A stretch of 64,000 nucleotides of DNA from Dehalococcoidia bacterium (GCA_965237635.1 CBDEFX010000001.1:290176-354175); one strand, 5' to 3'; counted from the stretch's first letter, positions 26,784 through 35,843 are shown. Notes: generated from the letters alone by a model not told the origin. Translations and numbers: made by a program.

Positions 26784-28034
26784 CTAGATGAAGCCTCTCA
26801 AACGGGCGACGTGTGCGACGCGGCCGACGCCGATGGCAAACGCGGCCTCTCGATAGGTAATGCCGTCTCGTTCGACCATCGCCCGGACGCCGCCATATGC
26901 TTTGGTCATTATCTTGCTGAGCTCCTCGTTGACACGGCTCTCCTCCCACTGGTGCTGGTACAGGTTCTGCGTCCACTCAAAATAGGAGACTACAACACCA
27001 CCTGCGTTCACGAGGATGTCCGGTAGCACCGGTATGCCGCGGTCGTTGAGGACCCGGTCGGCTTCAGGTGTAACGGGATGATTCGCGGCCTCGGCAACGA
27101 CCTTTGCCTTGACGCTCGATGCATTGGCTCCATGTATCACCCCGTCAATTGCAGCCGGTACCAGGAAGTCGCAGTCCAGCTCCAAGAGCTCGTCGTTGGT
27201 TATCCCCTCCGTCCCCGGCATGCCGACGACCGTCCCCGCCTCTTTCTTATGGTTTACAGCGCTCGTCACATCGAGCCCCTCACCGAGAAAGACTCCGCCG
27301 CGAGTATCGCTGACCGCAATCACCTTGCAGCCGATCTCCTGAAGTAGCAGAGCCACCCACTTACCGGCGTTGCCGAACCCGTGGACGGCGACGCGAGCAC
27401 CCGCAGGGTCCATACCGAGGTCCTTCGCGGCCTCTATCATGACAAAAACAGACCCCCTCCCCGTGGCCGATTCGCGGCCTACCGAGCCTCCGAACTCCAC
27501 CGGCTTGCCTGTAACTATCGCCGGCGTGTAGCCGTGAATCTGGCTGTACGCGTCCATGATCCAGGCCATCGTCTGTGCATTGGTGCCGAGGTCTGGTGCG
27601 GGAATGTCGCGGTTGTGACCGAGTAGGTGCTCGATGTTAGTGGTGTAGCGCCGAGTCAGACGATTGAGCTCTCCCTCGCTCATGCCGCGCGGGTCACACT
27701 GTACACCACCCTTGGCCCCGCCAAACGGTATGTCCACCAGCGCCGTCTTCCAGGTCATCAGGGACGCCAGCGCCCGTACCTCTTCCTGGTCCGCCATGGG
27801 ATGATAACGGGTGCCTCCCTTGTAAGGCCCCCTCGCTCCGTTGTGCTGAACGCGATACCCGGTGAAGACCTCAATCCGCCCGTCGTCCATCCTGACAGGG
27901 ACCGACACCCTGAGCTCCCGCCACGGCCTGCGAAGCATCTCCCTTATGCCGTCTTCGAGCTTCAGGCGGTCGGCGGCCTGGTCGAAGAACACGTTGACCT
28001 CATCGAAGGCGGTCATACTGGCGGGCATTGACAT
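26784..28034 (-). CDS. gdhA: Glu/Leu/Phe/Val dehydrogenase family, glutamate dehydrogenase-like
   Basis: GPYKGGTRYHP and IPFGGAKGG catalytic region, and the NAD(P) fold GFGNAGKW. Confidence 0.9.
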   Translation of the reverse strand: MSMPASMTAFDEVNVFFDQAADRLKLEDGIREMLRRPWRELRVSVPVRMDDGRIEVFTGYRVQHNGARGPYKGGTRYHPMADQEEVRALASLMTWKTALVDIPFGGAKGGVQCDPRGMSEGELNRLTRRYTTNIEHLLGHNRDIPAPDLGTNAQTMAWIMDAYSQIHGYTPAIVTGKPVEFGGSVGRESATGRGSVFVMIEAAKDLGMDPAGARVAVHGFGNAGKWVALLLQEIGCKVIAVSDTRGGVFLGEGLDVTSAVNHKKEAGTVVGMPGTEGITNDELLELDCDFLVPAAIDGVIHGANASSVKAKVVAEAANHPVTPEADRVLNDRGIPVLPDILVNAGGVVVSYFEWTQNLYQHQWEESRVNEELSKIMTKAYGGVRAMVERDGITYREAAFAIGVGRVAHVARLRGFI

Positions 28035-28065
28035 CTGCAGACCTCCATCGTTACTACTTTAAAGA

Positions 28066-28206
28066 AGAGAAGACTCAAGACTCTTTTCCCACCCGCCCTA
28101 TCGTTGTTTTGCTGGGGGTTCCCCCAAACCCCCGCCAAGGGGGCGTCGCCCCCTTTGGAAACTCCCTTGGCACCATTTTAATGGGAATGGCTTTTTGTGC
28201 GAAGCC
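28066..28206 (+). repeat. copy A of a ~140-bp dispersed repeat rich in G5/C5 runs
   Basis: gagaagactcaagactcttttcccacccgcc...gctgggggttcccccaaacccccgccaagggggcgtcgccccctttggaaa. Closely matches 30211..30358 in the same orientation. Confidence 0.8.
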
Positions 28207-28223
28207 CCATCAACGGAGAGGAG

Positions 28224-28252
28224 GTAGGGGCGGGTTTCAAACCCGCCCCTAC
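28224..28252. repeat. REP-like perfect palindrome
   Basis: gtaggggcgggttt-c-aaacccgcccctac. Confidence 0.7.
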
Positions 28253-28489
28253 GTCCAGGTTGGAACACCGGGACTGTGGTTCGAGGCGAGCGAGCAAGAC
28301 TCGGATAGGACTTTAAGTGCAAGCCCGGGTGCACGCGCTTGTATTATACGACAGGGCCCTCTTCAATATCGTTGCCGAGGAGCCCTTCGACAAGACCTCC
28401 CGCACAGCCTATCTCGGCCGCTCTCGCGTGCGAGACCGCGCTCAAGGGTCCGGAGTGTCGAGGATCACCCCTCCCTAGACCCTTCGTCC

Positions 28490-28508
28490 CCCCGATGCGG
28501 CATCGGGG
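28490..28508. repeat. REP-like palindrome ccccgatgc-g-gcatcgggg
   Basis: Identical 19-mer recurs at 57995..58013. Related cccgatgccg(a/c)atcgg hairpins are at 32378..32394 and about 58073..58090. Confidence 0.7.
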
Positions 28509-28567
28509 CCGAATCGGGACTCAGGGAAACAGGCGATTCCTGGTGTAAGGTCCCCCCGACAAGCGTA

Positions 28568-28981
28568 TCAGAACGCCTTTCTTCGAGCCCACAGTGCGAA
28601 TGCGTCGTCGAGGCGCTCGATGCGTTGCTGCAACTCCTTGAGGTCGATGGCTTTGAGTCCTAAGGATAGCGCGGCCCGCGCAACACGCACCCTGGCGTGG
28701 GAGCTTGGGTCTTCCATGGCTTCAGCCAGCACATGAGCGCCCTTGAGCATGAGGCCTCTAAGCTCGGTGTGGGCGAAGTCGGCGGCCTCCTCGCGAAGCC
28801 GCTCCAAGGTCGAACGAAACTCGTGGTCGTTCATCCAACGGTAGAGGGTGGAGCGGCCGATGTTGGCTAGCCGGGCGCCCTCGGCCATCGTCGGTGCGGC
28901 AACCAAGTATGGAATGGCCGCGAGCTGGTTCTCGTTGAGGCCGGTCTCGGCGTCCGAAATTTCTGTTCCATTTTGTTCCAT
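28568..28981 (-). CDS. helix-turn-helix DNA-binding protein (phage terminase-small-subunit-like / phBC6A51-type HTH)
   Basis: ATG 28981 preceded by GAGAGGA. LNENQLAAIPYLVAAPTMAEGARLANIGRSTLYRWMND is an HTH. The longer track ORF (to 29275) would overlap the cysH promoter region. Confidence 0.6.
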   Translation of the reverse strand: MEQNGTEISDAETGLNENQLAAIPYLVAAPTMAEGARLANIGRSTLYRWMNDHEFRSTLERLREEAADFAHTELRGLMLKGAHVLAEAMEDPSSHARVRVARAALSLGLKAIDLKELQQRIERLDDAFALWARRKAF

Positions 28982-29127
28982 TGTGTTCCTCTCAGCTTCG
29001 GGCTTTGGTACACCGTGGGACAGTGGGGCAAAGAAATGGGACAGGCCCTGTTGGGTCTGTCCCATAGAACTAGTATAGCACAAGTGTTCGAGGTTGTCGA
29101 GAAGGGGTTGGTTATACGATGCGCCGC

Positions 29128-29156
29128 TTGACACGTTGGGTGCCAGTCCGTACACT
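29128..29156 (+). promoter_or_regulatory. candidate sigma70-type promoter of the cysH leader
   Basis: TTGACA-N17-TACACT. Confidence 0.5.
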
Positions 29157-29165
29157 AGATCCAGC

Positions 29166-29270
29166 ATGTTTGTAGGAACGTCAGCGAATTCCATGGTCTG
29201 CATGTGTTCTTGTCCCCTCAGCTCGGGGGCTCGGGCGGGTCCAACGCCGCCCAGGCACGTGCAGGCGTAG
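29166..29270 (+). CDS. candidate Cys-rich leader peptide (34 codons)
   Basis: ATG 29166 lies about 3 nt from the predicted transcription start, so it is near-leaderless. Translation MFVGTSANSMVCMCSCPLSSGARAGPTPPRHVQA. Cys codons at 29199, 29205 and 29211. Stop TAG 29268..29270. An alternative ATG is at 29193. Confidence 0.35.
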   Translation: MFVGTSANSMVCMCSCPLSSGARAGPTPPRHVQA

Positions 29271-29296
29271 CACACCGCTTAATACTCGGAACCCAG

Positions 29297-29331
29297 CCCC
29301 TCGAGCCCAGACCGCTCGGGGGGTTTTTTTT
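29297..29331 (+). terminator. intrinsic terminator inside the cysH 5' leader
   Basis: cccctcgagc-ccagacc-gctcgggggg followed by eight T. It ends 25 nt upstream of the cysH ATG. Confidence 0.7.
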
Positions 29332-29356
29332 GGCCTTTTCACGGCGAGGAAGTCAG

Positions 29357-30157
29357 ATGCTACAAGAGGATGTTCGAGGAGGGCCTCGCCCTCAAACAGA
29401 GGTAGAAAGAACAGGCGAGGCAGAGCCGCCGGCGGCTACGGATATCGACGCCGTTGCGGATGAATATGAGACCCGCTCCGCCGAGGACGTCATTCGATGG
29501 GCCCTCGATAGATTCGGTCCGATGGTCGCCATATCCACAAGCTTCCAGGCTGTGGGTGCGGTGATCCTGGACATAGCCCACCACGTAGATCCCGACGTTA
29601 GGGTGTTCACAATCGACACCGGTCGGCTTCCGCAGGAAACCTACGACCTTATCGACAGGGTCCGGGAATACTACGGCATTTCTGTTGACGTCTACTACCC
29701 GGACAACGAAGAGCTTGCCCTAATGGTGAGCAAGCATGGCATCAACCCCTTCTACCGGAGCGTCTCTCTGAGACTGCTCTGCTGCAACCTACGCAAGGTT
29801 AAACCCATGAACCGCGCCTTGAAAGACCTGGACGCCTGGATAACGGGCCTCAGGCGGTCCCAGGACGAAACAAGGGCGAACGTGGGCAAGATAGAGGTCG
29901 ACACCGGGCATGGCGGGATCATCAAGATCAACCCGCTTGCCGACTGGAGCAACGACCAGGTCTGGGAGTACATCAAAGCCAACCAGGTGCCCTACAACGA
30001 GCTTTACGATCGAGGCTACACGAGTATAGGCTGCGCACCGTGCACTCGTGCCATTTCACCCGGCGAAGACCTCCGGGCCGGGAGGTGGTGGTGGGAGAAG
30101 GGCATGCCCAAAGAGTGCGGAATTCACCTAGGCCAGACCTGGGGGCGCACCGTTTAG
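29357..30157 (+). CDS. cysH: phosphoadenosine phosphosulfate / adenylylsulfate reductase, thioredoxin-dependent (Fe-S type)
   Basis: ATG 29357 with GGCGAGGAAG upstream. PAPS_reduct fold. CC pair (LLCCNLRKVKP) plus CAPC, and C-terminal KECGIH. The CC...CxxC set is typical of APS reductases with a 4Fe-4S cluster. Confidence 0.9.
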   Translation: MLQEDVRGGPRPQTEVERTGEAEPPAATDIDAVADEYETRSAEDVIRWALDRFGPMVAISTSFQAVGAVILDIAHHVDPDVRVFTIDTGRLPQETYDLIDRVREYYGISVDVYYPDNEELALMVSKHGINPFYRSVSLRLLCCNLRKVKPMNRALKDLDAWITGLRRSQDETRANVGKIEVDTGHGGIIKINPLADWSNDQVWEYIKANQVPYNELYDRGYTSIGCAPCTRAISPGEDLRAGRWWWEKGMPKECGIHLGQTWGRTV

Positions 30158-30210
30158 GCCTGTCCCGGCTTTGCACCAGAAATCTCTGCGACTTGCTACC
30201 CTTAGGAGAT

Positions 30211-30358
30211 GAGAAAACTCAAGGCTCTTTTCCCACCCGCCCACCCTATCGTTGTTTTGCTGGGGGTTCCCCCCAAGCCCCCGCCAATTGGGCGTCGCCC
30301 CCTTTGGAAACCCCCTTAGGGCGCCATTCTTGTGGGAATGTCTTTTTAGTGCTAAGCC
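30211..30358 (+). repeat. copy B of the ~140-bp dispersed repeat
   Basis: gagaaaactcaaggctcttttcccacccgcc...gctgggggttccccccaagcccccgccaattgggcgtcgccccctttggaaa. Direct repeat of 28066..28206. Confidence 0.8.
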
Positions 30359-30476
30359 GGCTATCTCTCAAAGTTCCACAATAGTCCGCCGAGCCTGGTG
30401 CTATCATAGTAGTCCGACATCTGGACGTTCGGCACCATTCTGTCCATACCAGGAAGGCAAAGGAGCGACTCGAACA

Positions 30477-32207
30477 TTGAGTGAAAGAATCACCGAGCAG
30501 ACCCTGATAGCACCCTACGGCGGTACTCTGGTCGACCTGATGGTCCCGCCGGACAAGATCGAAGACGTCAAGGCCGCCGCCAGCCATTTGCCCTCTATCC
30601 AACTCTCGGAACGGTCTATCTGCGACCTGGAGCTACTGGCAACGGGAGCATTCTCCCCACTGGACCGCTTTATGGGGGAGGAGGACCACCGGAGTGTCCT
30701 AGACGAGTTGCGCCTGCACACCGGACACATCTTCCCGATCCCGGTGACGCTGCCCATCGAGCCTGACTCGGCGGTCCGTACAGGAGGCGACATTGCGCTC
30801 AGAGGCTCCCAAAACGAGCTGCTTGCCGTAATGTCCGTAGAAGAGGCGTATGAATGGGACCGAAATGAGGTGGAGGAGCGCGTCTTCGGCACCCACGACC
30901 CCCGCCATCCGCTGGTGGCGGAGATGCACCGTTGGGGCAAGCTCAACGTCTCCGGTAGGTTGAGAGTGCTCAAACTACCGGCACGCCATGATTTCCATGA
31001 GCTAAGACTCACGCCAGCGCAGACCAGGGTGAGGCTTCAGACGTTGGGGACGGGCAACGTTGTTGCGTTTCAGACCCGTAACCCCCTCCATAGGGTCCAC
31101 GAAGAGCTTACCAAGCGCGCGGCCAAAGAGGTGGACGGAGTCCTCCTAATCCATCCTGTAGTCGGACTGACCAAGCCTGGAGACGTAGACCACTACACTC
31201 GTGTACGTACTTACAAGGCCCTGGCCGATGGCTACTACGAGTCCGGCCGCGTAATGCTCGCGCTCCTTCCGCTAGCCATGCGGCTAGCCGGGCCACGTGA
31301 AGCGTTGTGGCACGCCCTAATACGCAGGAACCACGGCGCCAACTTCCTTATCGTAGGCCGAGACCACGCCGGCCCTGGGGTCGACTCCAAGGGTAATCCA
31401 TTCTACGGCCCCTACGATGCGCAAGAGCTCGTCCAGGGCTACACAGACGAGTTGGGAGTGGGTATGGTGCCATTCCGCGAGATGGTATACCTGCCCGACG
31501 AAGACCGTTACGAAGAGGTATCAAAGGTCCCCCCCAAGACGCGCACCGCGTCTATCTCAGGCACCCAGGTGAGGGACGAGTACCTGAGCAACGGCAAATC
31601 CTTGCCAACGTGGTTTACAAGGCCTGAGGTCGCGCAGATCATGGCCGACACCTACCCCCCTCGCCATCAGCAGGGCGTGTGTATCTGGTTTACGGGACTT
31701 AGCGGGTCCGGCAAGTCAACAACCGCAGAAGTCGTCACTGTTCTGCTAATGGAGCACGGCCGGCAGGTGACGGTGCTCGACGGAGACGTTGTACGGACTC
31801 ATCTGTCCAAGGGGCTCGGGTTCAGCAAGGAAGACCGGGACGTCAACATCAACCGGATAGGGTTCGTGGCTTCCGAGATCGCCAGGCACGGCGGTATCGT
31901 CGTGTGTGCAGCCGTAAGCCCTTATAAAGCGGCACGCGACGACGTGCGCAACATGATGGGTCACGAAGGCTTCATCGAGGTGTTCGTGGACACTCCGCTT
32001 TCTGTCTGCGAGGAGCGGGACGTGAAGGGCATGTACGCTATGGCCAGGAGAGGAGAGATCACGGGATTCACCGGCATCGACGACCCGTACGAGCCTCCCG
32101 ACGACCCTGAGATCACGTTGAATACAGTGACTCGCTCAGCGGAGGAGAATGCCCGCTTGATCCTCGAGCTGCTGGCCGACCGGGGTTACGTCAGAAGCGA
32201 GGTATAG
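30477..32207 (+). CDS. sat/cysC: bifunctional sulfate adenylyltransferase / adenylylsulfate kinase
   Basis: Likely TTG start at 30477 (AAGGAG upstream). ATP-sulfurylase motifs VAFQTRNPLHRVH and GRDHAG. C-terminal APS kinase P-loop GLSGSGKST. The upstream part of the track ORF is repeat B. Confidence 0.9.
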   Translation: MSERITEQTLIAPYGGTLVDLMVPPDKIEDVKAAASHLPSIQLSERSICDLELLATGAFSPLDRFMGEEDHRSVLDELRLHTGHIFPIPVTLPIEPDSAVRTGGDIALRGSQNELLAVMSVEEAYEWDRNEVEERVFGTHDPRHPLVAEMHRWGKLNVSGRLRVLKLPARHDFHELRLTPAQTRVRLQTLGTGNVVAFQTRNPLHRVHEELTKRAAKEVDGVLLIHPVVGLTKPGDVDHYTRVRTYKALADGYYESGRVMLALLPLAMRLAGPREALWHALIRRNHGANFLIVGRDHAGPGVDSKGNPFYGPYDAQELVQGYTDELGVGMVPFREMVYLPDEDRYEEVSKVPPKTRTASISGTQVRDEYLSNGKSLPTWFTRPEVAQIMADTYPPRHQQGVCIWFTGLSGSGKSTTAEVVTVLLMEHGRQVTVLDGDVVRTHLSKGLGFSKEDRDVNINRIGFVASEIARHGGIVVCAAVSPYKAARDDVRNMMGHEGFIEVFVDTPLSVCEERDVKGMYAMARRGEITGFTGIDDPYEPPDDPEITLNTVTRSAEENARLILELLADRGYVRSEV

Positions 32208-32369
32208 GGCAGACCGGCGAAGTCCTTAGGGACTGCATCAACCAGGCCCGAGCTCTGGTATCGAAGGATGAGCCGAGCACGAAGGTCAGCGCGGAGTCAT
32301 CGGGGAACGCGGGAGCAGGAAGCGGTGGACGCTAGCGGGGACATACCCGAGCTATGTGGGCCAGCCCCT

Positions 32370-32402
32370 CGAGTAGTCCCGATGCCGAATCGGGACTACT
32401 CG
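32370..32402. repeat. perfect 14-bp-stem hairpin
   Basis: cgagtagtcccgat-gccga-atcgggactactcg. Confidence 0.8.
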
Positions 32403-32409
32403 GAGATAC

Positions 32410-32577
32410 GGTACAGGAGCAGCCTCCCGAATATCCTGAGTAGCCCGTCAGTGCGTATCGAGGGACCAGCGCGGCACCAGAGACCTACTCAGGTGTATAC
32501 GGGGAGTGGCCCCCCCGAATATCCCGAGTAGCCCGTCGAGGCGTATCGAGGGACCAGCCGCGTGAAACGCGGGCTAG
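32410..32577. repeat. two further units of the ~91-bp repeat family seen at 4679..5013
   Basis: cccgaatatcc(t/c)gagtagcccgtc...gcgtatcgagggaccagc occurs twice. The junction ccagagacctact also matches 4662..4674. Confidence 0.8.
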
Positions 32578-33644
32578 TTTGAGGAAGCCGCCTCACCGGC
32601 CGGGCCAGGAGCGGTTGCCAGACCCTTAAGCTCGAGCTCCTTGGCCCTATGGCACCTAACCAGGCGTCCATCCCCCAACTCTTCCAGCAAGGGCGTTTCC
32701 GTAACACACCGGTCGATCACGTAGGGGCATCGGGGGTGAAAGTAGCAGCCCGATGGAGGGTCGGCCGGGTTAGCCACCTCACCTTGTAGTACCATCCGCT
32801 CCGCTCGCGCCCGCGGGTCCGGTATAGGGACCGAGGAGAGGAGGGCAGAAGTGTAAGGGTGCTTCGGCTCGTTGAAGAGCTGCTCCGTCTCCCCCATCTC
32901 TACGACCTGGCCTACGTACATGACGGCGACTCGCTGGGCCAGATGTCTTACCACACTCAGGTCGTGGGCCACGAACAGGTAGGTCAGGTTGAACTCATCC
33001 TGCAGGTCTTCGAGTAGGTTGATAACCTGCGCCTGGACTGACACGTCCAAAGCTGAAACCGGCTCGTCCGCTACGATCAGCCGTGGGCTAAGGGCAAGCG
33101 CACGCGCGATTCCGATACGCTGACGCTCACCGCCGCTGAAGGCGTGAGGGAACCGCCTCATGTACTCTGGACGGAGCCCGACCATACGCATTAGCTCAGC
33201 GACCCGGTCCGTGCGTTCCGTCGCGCTCTTTATACCATTCACCAGCAAAGGCTCGCCAACGATATCGAAAAGCGTCATCCGTGGATTGAGCGAGGCGAAT
33301 GGGTCCTGGAACACCATCTGCATATCCCTGCGGAGCTCGCGGAGCTGGGCTTGAGCCAGCTTGGATATGTCGATCCTCTCCCCTTCGTCTGTACGGAACC
33401 AGATCTCCCCACTTGTCGGGTCGACAGCCCGTAGGATGCACCTGGCTGTCGTCGTCTTTCCGCACCCGCTCTCGCCCACCAAGGCTAAGGTCTCCCCATG
33501 CGTCACAGTGAAGCTGACGTCGTCCACGGCGCGGACATTCCCGACCACGCGTTTGAGGAAGCCCTTGGTGATAGGGAAGTACTTTACGAGGTTGTTAACT
33601 TCCAGCAGTGGGCCGTCTGTCGTGGGAGCGGCTTCAGCTACCAC
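32574..33644 (-). CDS. oligopeptide/dipeptide ABC transporter ATP-binding protein (OppF/DppF-like)
   Basis: Walker [10 protein letters not shown], signature FSGGERQR, Walker B LIVADEP, and the C-terminal oligopeptide-ABC extension with CxFxxRC. Confidence 0.9.
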   Translation of the reverse strand: MVAEAAPTTDGPLLEVNNLVKYFPITKGFLKRVVGNVRAVDDVSFTVTHGETLALVGESGCGKTTTARCILRAVDPTSGEIWFRTDEGERIDISKLAQAQLRELRRDMQMVFQDPFASLNPRMTLFDIVGEPLLVNGIKSATERTDRVAELMRMVGLRPEYMRRFPHAFSGGERQRIGIARALALSPRLIVADEPVSALDVSVQAQVINLLEDLQDEFNLTYLFVAHDLSVVRHLAQRVAVMYVGQVVEMGETEQLFNEPKHPYTSALLSSVPIPDPRARAERMVLQGEVANPADPPSGCYFHPRCPYVIDRCVTETPLLEELGDGRLVRCHRAKELELKGLATAPGPAGEAASSN

Positions 33645-34689
33645 TTCGCACCTCTTCCGGAGGGTGATGGAGGAAACAGTTCACATGTTGATTGGTCCCC
33701 TCCAGCGGAAGGAACTTCGGGACATGGACGTTGCACACTCCCTCCATATAGGATGGGCAACGCGGTCTAAACGTACACCCGGAAGGTCGATTGAAAGGGT
33801 GCGGTATGTTGCCTGTGATGGACGGGAGCCTCTCGACGCCCTTGGCGTAGATGCTGGGTATGGAACGCAAGAGCCCCTGGGTATACGGATGCTTCGGAGC
33901 GTGGAAAACGTCATCTATGGGTCCCGACTCAACCTCTCGCCCAAGGTACATGACCACGACATCGTCCGCCATTTCAGCGATCACTCCCAGGTTGTGAGTA
34001 ATAAGGATAATCGCCATCCCATTCTTTTCCTGGAGCTCACGCATGAGATCGAGAATCTGAGCTTGGGTGGTCACGTCCAACGCGGTGGTCGGCTCGTCCG
34101 CGATCAGCAGCTTCGGATCGGACGAGAGGGCCATCGCAATCATGGCCCGTTGTCTCAGCCCACCGCTGAGTTGGAAGGACAGCTCTCGGAGCCTCTGCTC
34201 TGGGCTAGGGATGCCGACGCTCCCCAGTAGCTGTGCAGCCTTCTCCATAGCTTCCTTTTGGGAAAGGTCCTGGTGAAGCCTGATCGCCTCGACAAGCTGA
34301 CTCCCGATGGTATGAACGGGGCTAAACGAGGACATGGGCTCCTGGAAGATGAGGGCGATCTCCGAGCCGCGGATCGACCGCATCAACCTCCCATTTGGGG
34401 GCTGAGAGGTGATCTCGATCTCCTCTCCTGCCCCATTGCTGCCGTTACGTCGCCAAGTGATTGATCCATCTTCTACCCGGCCTGGCTTGTCCAGTATGCC
34501 CAAGATAGAGCGGCCTATGGTGCTCTTGCCACAGCCGCTCTCTCCGACGATGCCCAGGGTCTGTCCGGGGTATACGTCAAAGCTTACGCCGTCGACGGCC
34601 TGCACCACCCCTTCGTCCGTAGGGAAGTAGGTCTTAAGGTCCTTTACAGACAGCAGCGGTTGCCGGTCGGTCTCGGTGGTGGTGACCAA
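33634..34689 (-). CDS. oligopeptide/dipeptide ABC transporter ATP-binding protein (OppD/DppD-like)
   Basis: [29 protein letters not shown], and a C-terminal CTFRPRC. Confidence 0.9.
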   Translation of the reverse strand: MVTTTETDRQPLLSVKDLKTYFPTDEGVVQAVDGVSFDVYPGQTLGIVGESGCGKSTIGRSILGILDKPGRVEDGSITWRRNGSNGAGEEIEITSQPPNGRLMRSIRGSEIALIFQEPMSSFSPVHTIGSQLVEAIRLHQDLSQKEAMEKAAQLLGSVGIPSPEQRLRELSFQLSGGLRQRAMIAMALSSDPKLLIADEPTTALDVTTQAQILDLMRELQEKNGMAIILITHNLGVIAEMADDVVVMYLGREVESGPIDDVFHAPKHPYTQGLLRSIPSIYAKGVERLPSITGNIPHPFNRPSGCTFRPRCPSYMEGVCNVHVPKFLPLEGTNQHVNCFLHHPPEEVRSGS

Positions 34690-34703
34690 GGGGACTCCTA
34701 TCT

Positions 34704-35843
34704 CTAGCCGTAGGGGTCGGCCGCGTCTCGGAGACCGTCTCCAAGGAAGTTAAAGGCAAGGATGATGATGATCACAGGAATCGCCACGAACATTAGCCAC
34801 GGATACAGTGCCACCACCGAGGGGTTCTGGGCCTGCTGAAGCATAATCCCGAAGCTGACAGCCGGCGGTCTCAGCCCAAGGCCGAGGAAGCTAAGAGCCG
34901 TTTCCCCAAGAATCATACTCGGTATCGCCAGGCTGGTCTGAGCGATCAGATGGCTGTAGAACGATGGAAGCATATGGCGGAACATCACCCGGGACTGGGA
35001 AGCCCCGGCCAGCTGCGCCGCCATGACGAAGTCCTCCTCCCGCAGGGCCAGGAACTTGCCTCGGACGACCCGGGCGAGCCCGGTCCAACCGAAGATGGAG
35101 AGTATGACGGTAATCGCGAAGTATACCTGCAGTACGCTCCACTCCCTCGGTACTGCAGCCGACAGCCCCATCCACAACGGTAGCGTGGGCACGGCGCTCA
35201 TTATCTCAATAATACGCTGGATTATCGTGTCCACAACCTCGCCGTAATAGCCAGATATGCCGCCCAAGATAACACCGATGACCAGACTCAGGACCACGCC
35301 GACGAGGCCTACCGACAGCGATATTCGAGTCGCCAACATCAGCCGGGACCACTGGTCCCGTCCCACGTTGTCGGCGCCCAAGAAGAACAGAGACGGCCTA
35401 TCTTTAAGCTGCTCCGAGTCCGCGAAGCCGATCAGATGACGGTTGGACTCGATGAACCCCATGAACTTGTAATCGTATCCCTCGACGAAGAAACCGATCG
35501 GCAGCTTCTCACCCGTTAACAATCGGTAGTCCTTCTTGAACGTCACAGGGTCCCTGAACCCCTTCAGCCCGTTAACGTGGGGGCTGAACCTGCCATCGTC
35601 AAGAATGCGAATAGGCTGCGGGCGGAGGAAATGGAACGCCGTGGCAGTCTTGGCAGGGTCGCCGACGCCCAGAAACTCCGCGGTGGGAAATATCATATAG
35701 AAGAAAGCCAGAACGATGGCGGACACCATCGCCGGCTTGTGTCTCCTGAACCGCCACCACATCAGTCGCCACTGGGAGGCGACTGAAAACTCCTCTTCCT
35801 CCTCTAGCCGGGCCCCGGTATCGAGTGTAGCTTCCTCTGCCAT
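34704..35843 (-). CDS. ABC transporter permease, OppC/DppC type with an enlarged N-terminal periplasmic loop
   Basis: One N-terminal TM, then a long loop, then a BPD_transp_1 core (LGETALSFLGLGLRPP). Confidence 0.85.
   Translation of the reverse strand: MAEEATLDTGARLEEEEEFSVASQWRLMWWRFRRHKPAMVSAIVLAFFYMIFPTAEFLGVGDPAKTATAFHFLRPQPIRILDDGRFSPHVNGLKGFRDPVTFKKDYRLLTGEKLPIGFFVEGYDYKFMGFIESNRHLIGFADSEQLKDRPSLFFLGADNVGRDQWSRLMLATRISLSVGLVGVVLSLVIGVILGGISGYYGEVVDTIIQRIIEIMSAVPTLPLWMGLSAAVPREWSVLQVYFAITVILSIFGWTGLARVVRGKFLALREEDFVMAAQLAGASQSRVMFRHMLPSFYSHLIAQTSLAIPSMILGETALSFLGLGLRPPAVSFGIMLQQAQNPSVVALYPWLMFVAIPVIIIILAFNFLGDGLRDAADPYG

Noticed and set aside
28028-28663. 211-aa plus-strand ORF in the gdhA-HTH gap
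   Set aside because: It is composed entirely of repeat copy A and several REP palindromes (RGGFQTRPY-type translations), so it is not a gene.
29157-29356. SAM riboswitch or Cys T-box upstream of cysH
   Set aside because: None of the conserved SAM-I/II or T-box core sequences is visible. The Cys-codon leader ORF plus the duplicated terminator arm explains the region better. An Rfam scan is still needed to be sure.
29204-29356. N-terminal extension of CysH from GTG 29204 (track ORF)
   Set aside because: The extension would be translated through a terminator hairpin and an eight-T run. A good RBS precedes ATG 29357, where homology to PAPS reductases begins.
30252-30476. N-terminal extension of Sat/CysC; also of HisIE (2121), the ABC ATPase (2800), Prs (12856) and the HTH protein (to 29275)
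   Set aside because: The extensions run through REP or dispersed-repeat sequence or promoter regions and have no homology-like features. Internal starts with an RBS coincide with the conserved N-termini.
33361-34230. 289-aa plus-strand ORF across the two ABC ATPase genes (and similar ORF 48009..48668 opposite the dehydrogenase)
   Set aside because: Both are antisense to genes with unambiguous Walker or Rossmann motifs, so they are shadow ORFs.
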